64,000 nt of DNA, taken from the NCBI GenBank assembly GCA_050250895.1, contig JBFWNU010000009.1:102488-166487 (forward strand), read 5' to 3'. Source of the stretch: Vulcanimicrobiota bacterium. GTDB taxonomy: Bacteria; Vulcanimicrobiota; Xenobia; Xenobiales; JADMJV01. A model generated the notes under the pieces. It ran no database searches. It was given only the letters and a program-made list of their open reading frames with translations, and was not told the DNA's origin. Position numbers and translations under genes: made by a program. This document shows positions 1 through 10,522 of this stretch, one piece after another (the first letter of the stretch is position 1; the number at the start of each line of letters is the position of its first letter).

Positions 1-129
1 GGAGCAGGCCCGTTCTGCCGGGCTGGGGCGGGTTGCTCCCGCGAAAACTCGGAGCATGCTCCCACAAAACCCGGGAGCAGGCCCGTTCTGCCGGGCTGGG
101 GCGGGTTGCTCCCGCGAAATCACGGAGCA
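1..129. repeat. REP-like palindromic repeat cluster (TGCTCC-N11-GGAGCA units; 46-bp direct repeat), truncated by the window start
   Basis: Units at 34-56, 57-79 and 107-129; 1-46 is repeated exactly at 74-119. Confidence 0.8.
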
Positions 130-138
130 AGCCAGGCG

Positions 139-909
139 CTAGAAACGAGCGGGGCGCTTTTCTTGCACGGCCCGCACGCCTTCGACGAACTCGTCGCGGG
201 CGTAGCTGCGGGCCTGGGCTTCGGCCTCGCGGGTGAGGGCGGCGTCGAGCAGCGCCGGATCGCCGCGCAGGTTAGAGAGGACTTCGGCGATAGCCTGGGG
301 GCCGCCGGCCAGGATATCGCTGGCCATCTTCGAGGCTTCTTCGACCACCTGGCCGGGCTCGCTCAGGCGAGCCACCAGGCCCAGGCGCAGGGCTTCGTCC
401 GCTTTGAGCATGCGGCCGGTCAGCATGAGATCGCTGGCGATGGCGGTGCCGACCGCCCGGGGCAGAAAGTGGGTCGCGCCCATGCCGGGAAAGAGCCCGA
501 GGCGGGCAAAGGGGGCCGAGAAGCGGGCCGAGGGGTCGGCCACCCGCAAGTCGCAGGCGGCGGCCAGGCAAAAGCCGGCCCCGACGGCATGGCCGTTGAT
601 GGCCGCGATCAGGGGTAGGTTCAGCTCGCGCATGCCCAGGAAAGAGCGATAGAAGACCAGCATGCGACGGCGGTTCTCTTCGAGGTCGAGCTCGTGCTTG
701 GCCAGCAGCATGTCGAGGTCGCCGCCAGCCGAGAAGGCGCGGCCGGCGCCGGTCAGGATAATGGCCCGCAGTTCGCTCTGGAGGCTCAAAGCGTTGACCA
801 GGGCCGAGAACTCCTCGGCCATCGGCTCGCTCATGGCGTTCAGGCGATCGGGATCGTTGAGGGTGATGCGGCCCAGGCCGCCGGTTTGGTGAAAGTCGAC
901 TAAAGGCAT
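139..909 (-). CDS. Enoyl-CoA hydratase/isomerase family protein
   Basis: AFSAGGDL and IAAINGHAVGAG crotonase motifs. Confidence 0.93.
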   Translation of the reverse strand: MPLVDFHQTGGLGRITLNDPDRLNAMSEPMAEEFSALVNALSLQSELRAIILTGAGRAFSAGGDLDMLLAKHELDLEENRRRMLVFYRSFLGMRELNLPLIAAINGHAVGAGFCLAAACDLRVADPSARFSAPFARLGLFPGMGATHFLPRAVGTAIASDLMLTGRMLKADEALRLGLVARLSEPGQVVEEASKMASDILAGGPQAIAEVLSNLRGDPALLDAALTREAEAQARSYARDEFVEGVRAVQEKRPARF

Positions 910-3900
910 TAAGATATCGTTTGCAGCAGCTTGATGGTTGGCATGGCGGCGCTGAGGGTGATGAAGCCGACCACAATGCCCATCACCAGCATAATCATCG
1001 GCTCGAGCATCGAGGTGAGTGTGGCCAGGGAGTACTCGACCTCTTCCTCATAGTAGCGCGCCACATATTTGAACATCTTGGCCAGGTCGGCCGATTCCTC
1101 CCCCACGCTGATGAGCTGCAAAGCTCCCGGGGGAAACACCTCGTGAGCGCTCAGACATTCGTAGACGGTCATGCCGTCGGCCAGATCGCCGCGAGCCAGC
1201 CGCAGCCGATGAGCCACGAACTCGTTGCCGGCCGCGTTCTCGGCTCGGGCCAGGGCCTGGGCCATGCCGATACCGACGTCCAACATGCTGGCCATAGCGT
1301 AAAGCACGCGAGAAGTTATGACCTTCTCGACCGTCTGTCCGATCATGGGCAGGCGTAATGGAATCGAGTGCAGCTTGCGCCGAAACTCGTGTCGCTTGCG
1401 CAACTCGCGCTCCCAATATGGTCGGAAGATCCATATCTCGAGGGCCACCAGCAAAGTGCCGAAGAAGGCGATAGGTATCCCCCGGCGGCTCATGATGAGG
1501 ATCCGTGTGGGCAGAGGCAGATCGATCTTCATGCTTTCGAAGAGCGGCGTGATGGTCGGCAGCACGAAGTAGACGAAGCCCATCACGCCGATGGTCGCCA
1601 CAATCATCAGAATGGCCGGATAGGTAAGGGCGGCCACCACCTTCTTTTTCATGGCTACCTGGCGTTCGAGCAACTCGGCCAGCTTCAAGAAAATCTCGGA
1701 TAGCTGTCCCGACATCTCGCCGGTCTGCACCAGACCGATGAAGACCTGGTCGAAAACCCGCGGATAATCGCGCATGGCGTGGGATAGGGCAATTCCCGAC
1801 GAGACTTTGATGGCGATGTCTTCCATCACGGGCGAGAGCTTGCTCTCACCGTCGATGCAGAACTCGAGCGTCGAGTGCACGGGAATACCGGCCGCGATCA
1901 TGGCGGCCATCTGGCGGGTCAGAATGGCGATGTCCTCGCGCGAAGCTCTGGGACCGTCGGAGCCCAACATGGCTTTGAAGTGACCTTTGACGAAGGTGGT
2001 GGACTCGCCGGTGTCGGCGGCCGACACCCCCTTGGCCGGTTTAGGAGGAGGTCGTGGCGGCGCCTCGCGATCAGCCACCGCGGCGGCCGCCGTCATCACG
2101 TGCGAGCGGCCCTTCTTCTGCTCCTGGCGCAGCTCGGTGATCTGGGTCGTCGAGCGGACCCCCTCGGGGGCGGGCGGGTCGGGCTTGACCACCTTCATCT
2201 TCGAGGTCTCGAAGACGTTGACGGGCTTCTGGCCGGGGGTTACCACCTTCATTTCGGAGGTCTCACGGGGGTTGGTAGCCTGAGCCTGGGGAAAGACCAC
2301 CTTCATCTGGCTGGTTTCGAAGGGATTGGCTCGCTCGGCCACCGGGGCGGTGGCCGGGTCGAACTTCAACCGTTCTTTCTTGGGCGGCGGGGGCGGCGGC
2401 GGGGGCTCTTTGGCAGCCGGAGGCGAGAACCCGCGGGCCGAGCGGATCATCGGCACCGCGTCGCGGTCGAGGTCCCCGACACAGACGGTGTCGTCGTAGG
2501 TGTCATCATCGATGATGATGCCGGGAGAAGGTTCGTCGAAGGCTTCGGGTTCGACCGGCTCGGGTTCGCCAAACAGCGAAGGTGGTTCGGGCTGACGAGC
2601 CCTTTGGGGCTTGGCCGCGGCCGGCGCCGGTTCGTCGAAGAGAGAAGGAACGTCGGCGAGCGGCGAGCTGGCCGGCTCGAGGGGCTCTCCGAACAATCCG
2701 CCGGCGGCCGGAGGCGGGTCGGTGGTCGGTTGGGCAAACACCGAGGGAGGCTCGGGCGGAGCCGTCAAGAACGAAGGGGGCTCTGGCTCGACGGGCTTGT
2801 CGGCGAACAGAGAGGGAGGCTCATCAAGAAGAAAGGTGGGCGGCTCGGGTTCCTCGGCTCTGGCTCCGAAAAGCGAGGGCGCTTGCGTTTCGGTCGCCGG
2901 GGGGTCCGAGAACAACGACGGGGGTTCCGGCACGGCCGGCCTCTGGTTCAGAAAGCTGGTGCGGGGCGCGCTCGTCTCCTCGAGGGGCGGAGGCGGCTCG
3001 AGCATCTTGGGCTTGGGGGTGGGAGCTTCGAGCGGCGGAGGGGGCTCGAGGGCCCTGGGTTTTTCGGGTTGGGCTTTGCTCTTGGCCTCGAAGAACGAGG
3101 GCAAGCCGAGCGCCGGCTTGGCCGGAGGCTCGGGCGAGGTCTCTTCGGCCACTGGCTCGGGCTCATCTCCGAAGAGCGAGGGAAACTCGAACGCCTCGGA
3201 CTTCTTGGAGCCGCTCGAGGGCGGCTCGAGCCGGGCGGCCGGGAGCGGTGGAGCCTTGGGCTGTTCGCTCTCGAGACGTTGGAGTTCTAACGAGAGGTCC
3301 GGCAGGGGGGGCAACTGTTTGGGCTCGGACGGAACGACCGGGTCGAGCAACCGCAGCTCGTCTTCGAGGTTTGGCAGCGGCGGCAGAGAACGAAACCGGT
3401 CCTCCTCTGAAACCGGCTTGAGCGGACCCAGCTCCGGGGGAACTTCCTCGAGTCTGCGTAACTCCTCTTCGAGGTCGGGCAGAGGCGGCAGGGTGCTCTC
3501 GGGAAAGAGGCCCGCCCCGAGGTTCAGCACCGGCTCGGCCTCGAGTCGTTTGAGTTCTTCATCGAGATCGGGTAGGGGGGGTAACTTCGACTCAGGGAAG
3601 AGGGATGCCTCATGGCTCTCGAACTTGGGCAGCGCGTCGGGCTCGGTATCGAGTCGCTGGAGTTCCTCGTCGAGATCGGGCAGCGGCGGTAGCTCGCGCC
3701 GGCCGGGGACGGGCGGGTCGAGACGCCTGGGCCCCTCGGGCCCAAGGCCCGGAAGGCCGAGTTCGAGGGAAAGGTCTGCCTGAGAGGCCGGCCTGGGTGA
3801 TTCGGGGGGCGGAGGGGGGGGCGTCCGGCCGAGATCCAGCAACTCGTCGTCGAGATCCGGCAAGGGGGGAAGCTCGCGTCGAGGCAATAGGGGCAGCCGG

Positions 3901-3983
3901 CTACCGGGATCCGAGACGTCGGACCTGGAAGCCCCGGCGATGGGCCAGCCGTCGTGACCCTCCTGCGGTTTTGGAGGTTCCAA
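909..3983 (-). CDS. pilC: Type II secretion F / PilC family platform protein with a ~680-aa Pro/Glu-rich repetitive N-terminal extension
   Basis: C-terminal TRQMAAMIAAGIP...GEMSGQL...ALTYP...VGEES...LEP T2SSF repeats; TTG start uncertain. Confidence 0.85.
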   Translation of the reverse strand: MEPPKPQEGHDGWPIAGASRSDVSDPGSRLPLLPRRELPPLPDLDDELLDLGRTPPPPPPESPRPASQADLSLELGLPGLGPEGPRRLDPPVPGRRELPPLPDLDEELQRLDTEPDALPKFESHEASLFPESKLPPLPDLDEELKRLEAEPVLNLGAGLFPESTLPPLPDLEEELRRLEEVPPELGPLKPVSEEDRFRSLPPLPNLEDELRLLDPVVPSEPKQLPPLPDLSLELQRLESEQPKAPPLPAARLEPPSSGSKKSEAFEFPSLFGDEPEPVAEETSPEPPAKPALGLPSFFEAKSKAQPEKPRALEPPPPLEAPTPKPKMLEPPPPLEETSAPRTSFLNQRPAVPEPPSLFSDPPATETQAPSLFGARAEEPEPPTFLLDEPPSLFADKPVEPEPPSFLTAPPEPPSVFAQPTTDPPPAAGGLFGEPLEPASSPLADVPSLFDEPAPAAAKPQRARQPEPPSLFGEPEPVEPEAFDEPSPGIIIDDDTYDDTVCVGDLDRDAVPMIRSARGFSPPAAKEPPPPPPPPKKERLKFDPATAPVAERANPFETSQMKVVFPQAQATNPRETSEMKVVTPGQKPVNVFETSKMKVVKPDPPAPEGVRSTTQITELRQEQKKGRSHVMTAAAAVADREAPPRPPPKPAKGVSAADTGESTTFVKGHFKAMLGSDGPRASREDIAILTRQMAAMIAAGIPVHSTLEFCIDGESKLSPVMEDIAIKVSSGIALSHAMRDYPRVFDQVFIGLVQTGEMSGQLSEIFLKLAELLERQVAMKKKVVAALTYPAILMIVATIGVMGFVYFVLPTITPLFESMKIDLPLPTRILIMSRRGIPIAFFGTLLVALEIWIFRPYWERELRKRHEFRRKLHSIPLRLPMIGQTVEKVITSRVLYAMASMLDVGIGMAQALARAENAAGNEFVAHRLRLARGDLADGMTVYECLSAHEVFPPGALQLISVGEESADLAKMFKYVARYYEEEVEYSLATLTSMLEPMIMLVMGIVVGFITLSAAMPTIKLLQTIS

Positions 3984-4122
3984 CGTGTCTTTCGACCTGG
4001 TCGCTCCTCGATGGCTCGAGGAATCCCTTTCCTGATAGCCTAGCTTCCGCGCCGCCCGGATGTTCTCCTGGAAAGCAAATGGGACGGGTAATGAGAGGCC
4101 GTGCGGCGAAGGTAGCTGAGGA

Positions 4123-4599
4123 ATGCGCAGAGCCTTTTCGACCCTCGAGATGGTGACCGGTCTGGCGGTGGTGGTAATGGTGGTAGCCCTGTTCGTCGAC
4201 CAGACCGGTATCCGGCATCGCGTGCTGGTCGGGACCAGCGCCCGGGGGCTGCAAACGGCCTTCGAGCAGTGGAAGGCTCAGGCGTCGGTCGACGGCACCA
4301 TCAAGGTCGTATTTCGCCCTCGTGGCGGTCCCTATCAGAGCTTCACCCCTTCGCAAGGCGGACAGCCCGCCAGCACGCGGAATCTGCAGCGAGGCGTCTT
4401 CCTGCTTAACACCAACGGCCTGATCATCAACGACGAGATCACTCTCGACGCTCAGGGTCATCTGCTCGACGATGAAGGCAAGCCTCAGCCACTACCCGAG
4501 AGCCCGGTCTTGACCGTGGTCAGCAGCCAGTGCGACACGGTCAGTCACCTGCTCTTCCAGGCAGAGAGGGGGATTCTCGTTGGGTCCGGAGGATCTTGA
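4123..4599 (+). CDS. Prepilin-type (class III signal peptide) pilin/pseudopilin-like protein
   Basis: MRRA|FSTLEM with Glu at +5 followed by a hydrophobic helix; divergent from pilC. Confidence 0.7.
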   Translation: MRRAFSTLEMVTGLAVVVMVVALFVDQTGIRHRVLVGTSARGLQTAFEQWKAQASVDGTIKVVFRPRGGPYQSFTPSQGGQPASTRNLQRGVFLLNTNGLIINDEITLDAQGHLLDDEGKPQPLPESPVLTVVSSQCDTVSHLLFQAERGILVGSGGS

Positions 4600-4903
4600 C
4601 GCGCTCGAGCAGGGTGTTGGCTACGCTATCGGGAGGGATGAGCTGGGCTCGCTCTTCACCCTCGGTAAGAATCGTCCGGCGGGTCGTGTCGATGACATAG
4701 ACGCCCTGATTGGCATCGCAACGCAGCCAAAATCGCGTCCGCTCGGCGTCTAACGGCTCGAGGCTGCGCTCGTCGAGATAGTAGTGATGCCCCTCGCGAT
4801 CGCTTGCGACATACGCCCAGTGCCGGCTGCGCCCGCTCAGGAAGAGGGTGAAGAAGGCGGCCAGCAAGACCGTGATCAGACCCTGGCGCCAGCGCCGCTT
4901 CAC
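4541..4903 (-). CDS. Hypothetical exported protein
   Basis: Basic N-terminus plus hydrophobic segment; start overlaps the kinase stop codon. Confidence 0.6.
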   Translation of the reverse strand: MKRRWRQGLITVLLAAFFTLFLSGRSRHWAYVASDREGHHYYLDERSLEPLDAERTRFWLRCDANQGVYVIDTTRRTILTEGEERAQLIPPDSVANTLLERVKILRTQRESPSLPGRAGD

Positions 4904-6582
4904 CGAATGACCTCAAAGGCTGCCAGCCGGACGGACTTGCGCGGCGATTCGGGTAGCGGCACCAGAGCTCCGACCAGACGCGCCCGAGGCGACACCCCAA
5001 GCCGGTGAGCCAGGACCTGTTGCCTGACCCCATCGGCCGGGTCCATTGCCAGCCGGCACGACCCCTCGTCGCTTTCAGGCAAGAGGAGCTCATAGGTCAC
5101 CTTGTCCTGATAGGTCACGATGGCCGGCTGACCGACCAGGCGATAGGCCACAAAGTTCAGCAGATGCGAGGGTTGAGACGTGGGAACAGAGACCTCGGCC
5201 AATTGCAGGCGCAGTCGATTAGCGGCCGGGTCATCAGAAAACAACACTCCGGCCGAGCCCAGAAAGACCAATGTGGTGGGCTCGCCGGCACCCATGGCCA
5301 GACGAAAACGCAAACCACCCGACGAGGGTGTCGAGAAAACCACGCCGGAGCGTTTTGCCTCGACGGTCTCGACCACCAGCCAGTCCTCCTCCCACCCCAC
5401 TCCGCAAGCGTCGAGCGCCACCGCCCCGGTGCGCACCATGAGCGGCTCGGCCAGGGCCAGGGCGTGGGCGGTTCGATAATGACGGCAGCCCGAGCTGACC
5501 CCCAGCAGCAAAAGGCCGACCAGCAGCAACTGTACGGGCAGCATCCTCCACAGTCTAACCCTTGAATCGAGGTCCTCGATGTCGCTCAGGTCAAGCTCGC
5601 TCTGGGTCCAACTGCGCCGGTTGCCTGCGAACGCCTCAGAGGCCACCGCCATCTTCTTGACCGGTCTGTCGACTTCGGTGGCCGGCAGGCTCGGGGTCAG
5701 TGTGGGAGCCGCGTTCGAGGCCTGTAGAAAGGTGCTGTTGGAGTGGAGCTTCGGCATCACGGCCACCAGTGCATGCCGCATCTGGCCGATGTCGTCGTAG
5801 CGGTCCTTCTTCAGCACCGAGGTAGCCCGCTCGATGATGGCGGCCAAGTCTGGATGGATGTCCGGATGGGTCAGGCTGAGCGGTTCGAGCTGGATCGAGG
5901 GCGACTCGGCGGTCAGGAGGTGATGCATAGTTGCGCCCAGCGAATACTGATCCGAACGGGCTTCGGGCTTCCCCTCGAACTGCTCGAGGGGAGCGTAGCC
6001 GATGGTCCCGACCAGGGTCTTGGTATGGTCGGTGCCCACCCCTCGAGCCAGACCAAAGTCGACCAGATAGACCTGGCGGTCTTGGCGACGCAAGATGATG
6101 TTGGCGGGCTTGACGTCGCGATGGATAATGGGCTCGGGTTGCTGCTTGTGGAGATATTCGAGAATGCGACAGAGTTGGATGGCGATATCGACCACTCGCT
6201 CGGCCGGCACCGGTTGACCAGTCAAGCGAAGATAGTCGTGGAGCAGATGCTGAAGGTCTTCTCCCTCGATGAAATCCATGACGATACAGCGAGCACCATC
6301 ATGCTCGAACTCATCGACGAAGGAAGGGATACCCGGACAGTCCAGGCGGCGCAGCATGGCCACCTCTTCGTCGAACTTGCGCATCAGCAGTTCGAGGGGA
6401 GACTCGTCTTCGTCCTCCGAGATAGTGGCGGCGGCAAAGCGGTCGAGCAGCATGCGCTTGAGCGCGACGGTCTGCCCGGTGGTCTGGTCGAGGGCCCGAT
6501 AGACCTCGCCCATACCACCGGCCTGGATGGGGGCCAGGATCTCGAAGCGCCCCCACAGCACCTCTCCTGCCTGCAGTGCCAT
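4900..6582 (-). CDS. Membrane-anchored Hanks-type Ser/Thr protein kinase
   Basis: GGMGEVY, VALK, HRDVKPAN, DFG and GYAPLE motifs; single TM segment then a C-terminal domain. Confidence 0.93.
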   Translation of the reverse strand: MALQAGEVLWGRFEILAPIQAGGMGEVYRALDQTTGQTVALKRMLLDRFAAATISEDEDESPLELLMRKFDEEVAMLRRLDCPGIPSFVDEFEHDGARCIVMDFIEGEDLQHLLHDYLRLTGQPVPAERVVDIAIQLCRILEYLHKQQPEPIIHRDVKPANIILRRQDRQVYLVDFGLARGVGTDHTKTLVGTIGYAPLEQFEGKPEARSDQYSLGATMHHLLTAESPSIQLEPLSLTHPDIHPDLAAIIERATSVLKKDRYDDIGQMRHALVAVMPKLHSNSTFLQASNAAPTLTPSLPATEVDRPVKKMAVASEAFAGNRRSWTQSELDLSDIEDLDSRVRLWRMLPVQLLLVGLLLLGVSSGCRHYRTAHALALAEPLMVRTGAVALDACGVGWEEDWLVVETVEAKRSGVVFSTPSSGGLRFRLAMGAGEPTTLVFLGSAGVLFSDDPAANRLRLQLAEVSVPTSQPSHLLNFVAYRLVGQPAIVTYQDKVTYELLLPESDEGSCRLAMDPADGVRQQVLAHRLGVSPRARLVGALVPLPESPRKSVRLAAFEVIR

Positions 6583-6601
6583 AAGAGACGCACTTCGCCT
6601 T

Positions 6602-6632
6602 GAAACAAGAGAGCCCCCTTTCGGGGGCCCGC
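6602..6632 (-). terminator. Putative intrinsic terminator after grxD
   Basis: Minus strand GCCCCC-GAAA-GGGGGC hairpin followed by TCTCTTGTTTC. Confidence 0.55.
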
Positions 6633-6633
6633 T

Positions 6634-6972
6634 CTACTTGGTGGCGACTTTGGGGAGGTCTTTTACCATTTCTTGCAGTTCACCGCTCTCGTACATCTCC
6701 ATCAAGATGTCGGAGCCGCCTACGAACTGGCCTTTGATATAGACCTGGGGAAAGGTCGGCCATTCGGAAAAAATCTTCAATCCCTGGCGCAGGGCGTCGT
6801 CGTCAAGAATGTTGAAATCAGCGAATCTCACGCCCACAGCCTTGAGCACTCCAGCGGCGCGAGCGGAAAACCCGCACATGGGGAAGTCGCCGGTTCCTTT
6901 CATGTAGATGACCACGTCATTGTTCTTGACGTCGGATTCGAGTCGAGTTTTCAGTTCAGGAGACAAACTCAT
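6634..6972 (-). CDS. grxD: Monothiol glutaredoxin (Grx4 family)
   Basis: KG...PMCGFS, WPTFPQ and GGSD motifs. Confidence 0.95.
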   Translation of the reverse strand: MSLSPELKTRLESDVKNNDVVIYMKGTGDFPMCGFSARAAGVLKAVGVRFADFNILDDDALRQGLKIFSEWPTFPQVYIKGQFVGGSDILMEMYESGELQEMVKDLPKVATK

Positions 6973-6987
6973 GGCATTACCAACTTT

Positions 6988-7218
6988 CTATTCCTGGGGG
7001 ACCTGTGTCTTGAGTGCCAGCGCGTGGAGCGGCCCATCGAACGAGTCTCCGAGCGCGGCATAGACCATCTTATGCTGCTGGATCTTCGTTTTGCCTTTGA
7101 AACTGGGACTGATCACCAGGGCCTGGAAATGAGTGCGATCGTTTTGCGGGTCCTCGACCTTGACATCGGCATCGGGGATTCCCTGCCTAATGAGACGTTC
7201 GATTTCCTTGACTTCCAT
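6988..7218 (-). CDS. bolA: BolA/IbaG family protein
   Basis: HF...F.GK..IQQHKMVY...LHALALKT; adjacent to grxD as is typical. Confidence 0.92.
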   Translation of the reverse strand: MEVKEIERLIRQGIPDADVKVEDPQNDRTHFQALVISPSFKGKTKIQQHKMVYAALGDSFDGPLHALALKTQVPQE

Positions 7219-7305
7219 CGCGTTCCTTTCAGGCCCGGCCACGCCGGCACCAATCTTTGTTTCCCACCGCGGCGATTATAGAAACCCGCACTAGAAAAGT
7301 CAAGT

Positions 7306-8112
7306 TTAGTGGAGACTCTCGGCACTCATCAAGATGACTTCCATCTCGTTGGTGATCTCTTCCTGACGCAACTGATTGCGGCGTCGAGCCAGCTTTGCGG
7401 TTTTCTGCTCGAGATGGCGCAGGGCTCCCTCGAGATGCATACTGCGACGGCGGTTCTCGGCCATCAAAGAGTTATAGAATAGTTGCTGCAGCACGGCCAG
7501 GAGATAATGCTCCATCAGCTCCGCAAACGCCTGAGGCGGCGACAAGGTCAGGTCCGGCGGGTAGCCAAAAGATTGGGCCTGCTCGCCCACCGGCAGCGGC
7601 CACACCCGCTCTCTCACCACCTCCAACTCCACCGGATGATGGGTCAGGGCTTCCAGGCGAAAGGTCCCTCGACGGCTCAGACCAGTCAGAGCCTGGCTGA
7701 GGCCGACCAGGGCCCGGGTCACTTCTTCCGCCGTCACCGGACCGGGAAGAAAGGTGGTCAGCGGTCGTCCGGCCAGCCGCTCGGACAGCCTGGTGCCCAC
7801 CACCAGAGCGGGTCCCTCAAAGCCCTCCAAGTTAGCCACCAGGGCGCTGTTGAAATCGCCGCAGAAGCCTCGCTCCGAGCCCATCACCAACAGAACTCGC
7901 ACGGCCTCCTCGGGCCAGGCGTCGAGAGTAGGATTGAAGTGGACCAGGTCTTGAAGGGGAGTTCGAATCGCTTCCACCACCGCCGACTGGTGCTCTAGAT
8001 AGCGAACTAGTCGGCGAGTCTCGATCAAGGCCATGGTCTTGAGGCTGTCGAGGATATCCCCGATCTCGGCCAGACTCGAGAGTCGCTTGCGAAGCTGCTG
8101 TAGGCCGCTCAC
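7306..8112 (-). CDS. atpG: N-type ATPase gamma subunit
   Basis: [18 protein letters not shown]; last gene of the operon. Confidence 0.92.
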   Translation of the reverse strand: MSGLQQLRKRLSSLAEIGDILDSLKTMALIETRRLVRYLEHQSAVVEAIRTPLQDLVHFNPTLDAWPEEAVRVLLVMGSERGFCGDFNSALVANLEGFEGPALVVGTRLSERLAGRPLTTFLPGPVTAEEVTRALVGLSQALTGLSRRGTFRLEALTHHPVELEVVRERVWPLPVGEQAQSFGYPPDLTLSPPQAFAELMEHYLLAVLQQLFYNSLMAENRRRSMHLEGALRHLEQKTAKLARRRNQLRQEEITNEMEVILMSAESLH

Positions 8113-9566
8113 GTGGGCTCCGTGGGCCAGAGTTTTGCTAGCCAGTCGAGCCAGGCCTGGCGGCCCGAATCAAGCTCAAGCGAACATTCGTCGAGCAGGC
8201 CCTGCAGACGGCGCAGTTCGGACATGGCCTGATCGGGCTCGAAACGGTCGAGTAGCCCCGCGTTGAAAGCCGTCATCTGAGCCAACTGAAGGCGGATGGA
8301 CTGGGCCGCGAAGCGCTCCTGGCCAAGCATGGCTCGCAGTAACCCTCCGCGCTGCAAACGGGCTCGCATGGCTGGTTCGACCCGAGCTCCAAAACGGGTG
8401 AAATTCTCGAGTTCGAGAAACTGTAGGTATTCTAGCTTCATGCGACCGGCCTCGCGGTTGACCTCGGGATGCTGAGCCTTGCCCCCGATTCTCGACACCG
8501 AGCGAGAAATGTCGATGGCCGGGCGAAAGCCAGCCGAGAAGAGATCGCGATCAAGGAAGATCTGGCCGTCGGTAATGGAGATTACGTTGGTGGGAATGTA
8601 GGCCGAAATCTCACCCTGCTGGGTTTCAACGATGGGCAGGGCGGTCAGGCTGCCCCCGCTGGCCAGTCGGGTGGCTCGCTCGAGCAGGCGCGCGTGAAGC
8701 GAGAAGATATCCCCCGGATAGGCCTCGCGGCCGGGTGGGCGTCGCAGCAGCAAGGACAATTCGCGATAGGCTCTGGCATGGGTTGACAGGTCGTCGTAGA
8801 CCACCAGGGTGTGGCGTCCTTCGGCCATCAGACCTTCGGCGATGGCACAGCCGGCGAAGGGAGCCAGATAGATCAGGCCCGGCAAGGCGCTGGCTTCGGC
8901 CATGACTACCACCGTGTGGGCCAGGGAGCCAAACTCCCTGAGCCGTTGAAAGACGTCCATCGCCGCCGACTGTTTCTGGCCGATGAGCACATAGACGCAC
9001 ACCACCCCCTGGTCTTTCTGGTTAATGACCGTATCCAGAGCGATGGAGCTACGCCCGAGCCCCTGGTCCCCAATCAGCAGTTGACGTTGCCCACGGCCGA
9101 TGGGCAAAAGGGTATCGATGATCTTGATGCCGGTGTAGAGCGGCTCGTGCACGAAATCCCGCTGCAAAATGGAGGGCGAGGGAGCCTCCAGCGGTTGATG
9201 GCGGCCACAAACAGGATCCGGTTGACCATCGAGGCCCCGCCCCAGAGGGTCGACCAGTCTGCCCATCATCTCCATGCCGGAGGGAATCGAGAGGGCTTTA
9301 CCGGTCAGGCTGGCCGGGGTTCCGGCCGCCAAGCGGACCGATTGGTGCAGTAAGATGACACCGACCTTCTCCAAACCGAGATGGAATACCAGCCCCTGGC
9401 TGCCCTCGCTAAAATGCACAAACTCTCCGATGGTGGCCGAGGGCAGGCCGCTAACCCAGGCGATGCCATCGCCCACCGACACCAGCGACCCCCGCTCCCA
9501 AACCCGCAACTCGGGCCGGTAGTCGCTCAGCCACCGGGCCTGGCGTTCGAGCAGATTATCGCCCAT
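8109..9566 (-). CDS. atpA: N-type ATPase alpha subunit
   Basis: [37 protein letters not shown]. Confidence 0.95.
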   Translation of the reverse strand: MGDNLLERQARWLSDYRPELRVWERGSLVSVGDGIAWVSGLPSATIGEFVHFSEGSQGLVFHLGLEKVGVILLHQSVRLAAGTPASLTGKALSIPSGMEMMGRLVDPLGRGLDGQPDPVCGRHQPLEAPSPSILQRDFVHEPLYTGIKIIDTLLPIGRGQRQLLIGDQGLGRSSIALDTVINQKDQGVVCVYVLIGQKQSAAMDVFQRLREFGSLAHTVVVMAEASALPGLIYLAPFAGCAIAEGLMAEGRHTLVVYDDLSTHARAYRELSLLLRRPPGREAYPGDIFSLHARLLERATRLASGGSLTALPIVETQQGEISAYIPTNVISITDGQIFLDRDLFSAGFRPAIDISRSVSRIGGKAQHPEVNREAGRMKLEYLQFLELENFTRFGARVEPAMRARLQRGGLLRAMLGQERFAAQSIRLQLAQMTAFNAGLLDRFEPDQAMSELRRLQGLLDECSLELDSGRQAWLDWLAKLWPTEPT

Positions 9567-10254
9567 TGGTCGCCTCCACGAAAAGGGCCAGTTCGTCGCG
9601 CAGGTTGGCACCCAGAGAACGGGTGCCCCCCTCGATGCGCAGGCCGGCCAGCAGTTCGAGATCCTGCTCGAAATCGACCGGTCCCAGCAACGAACCAAGT
9701 CGCTTCTGCTGTTCGGGGCTCAACTCGAAGGCGCTGGTCACTCTCACTCTTGCCTTGGAGCGCACGGCCTGCAACACGGGTGCTTCCAGGCTGGCGATGT
9801 CCTCGAGCGCCATCTCCACCAGGCCGGCCTCCACTTCGGGCCGGGCCAAACGAGCCAACAAGCGCGACACGAAGACTGCGCCCTGCTCGAGAGCCTGGGT
9901 CTGATAACCGGCCAGGAGCGACTCCAACTCGCGCAAACCGGCCGCCCTGGCCTTCTCTCGCTCGGCCTCGAGATCCGTCTTGAGCAACTCCTTTTCCTGG
10001 CGCAACTCCTGGCGAAGCTGCTCGTGGGCCTGGTTACGCTCCTGCTCCCAAGCCTTGAGGCGGTCCTCGTACTGCTGGCGCAGGGCCTGGGCCTCGGCCT
10101 TGAGAGCCTCCGCCGTCGCCGCCTCGGCGACCATGGCCGCCCGCCTGCGGTCGATGGACTCGAGCACTGGCTTATAGAACCAATGCTTGAGCAGGGCCAC
10201 CAGAATCAGAAAGTTGATGACCTCCAGCCCGAATGTGGTGGGGTTGAGTTCCAT
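9556..10254 (-). CDS. atpF: N-type ATPase b subunit (long, with delta-like C-terminus)
   Basis: N-terminal TM ([15 protein letters not shown]), coiled coil, extended C-terminus. Confidence 0.9.
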   Translation of the reverse strand: MELNPTTFGLEVINFLILVALLKHWFYKPVLESIDRRRAAMVAEAATAEALKAEAQALRQQYEDRLKAWEQERNQAHEQLRQELRQEKELLKTDLEAEREKARAAGLRELESLLAGYQTQALEQGAVFVSRLLARLARPEVEAGLVEMALEDIASLEAPVLQAVRSKARVRVTSAFELSPEQQKRLGSLLGPVDFEQDLELLAGLRIEGGTRSLGANLRDELALFVEATNGR

Positions 10255-10255
10255 A

Positions 10256-10522
10256 TTATCCGTGACCCAGCAGTGCCAGCAGAGGATTTCTAAACAACAC
10301 GATCAGTACCACCACCAGACAATAAATGGCCAGCGATTCGATCATGGCCAGTCCGATAAAAAGAATGCGCGAGATGGACTTCTCGGCCTCGGGTTGTCGC
10401 CCCAGCGCGTCCAGGGCTTTGTAGATGGCCAGCCCCATGGCCGCCGCCGGGCCGAACACCCCGAGCGCGATGGCCACGAGCGCTGTCACCGTCGAGGCGG
10501 TTACGAATTGGGTCATTTCCAT
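10256..10522 (-). CDS. atpE: N-type ATPase c subunit
   Basis: RQPEA loop; GLAMIESLAIY with the conserved Glu. Confidence 0.95.
   Translation of the reverse strand: MEMTQFVTASTVTALVAIALGVFGPAAAMGLAIYKALDALGRQPEAEKSISRILFIGLAMIESLAIYCLVVVLIVLFRNPLLALLGHG

Noticed and set aside
1875-3783. Long plus-strand ORFs (471 aa and 390 aa)
   Set aside because: Antisense shadows of the Pro-rich pilC extension, as expected at high GC.
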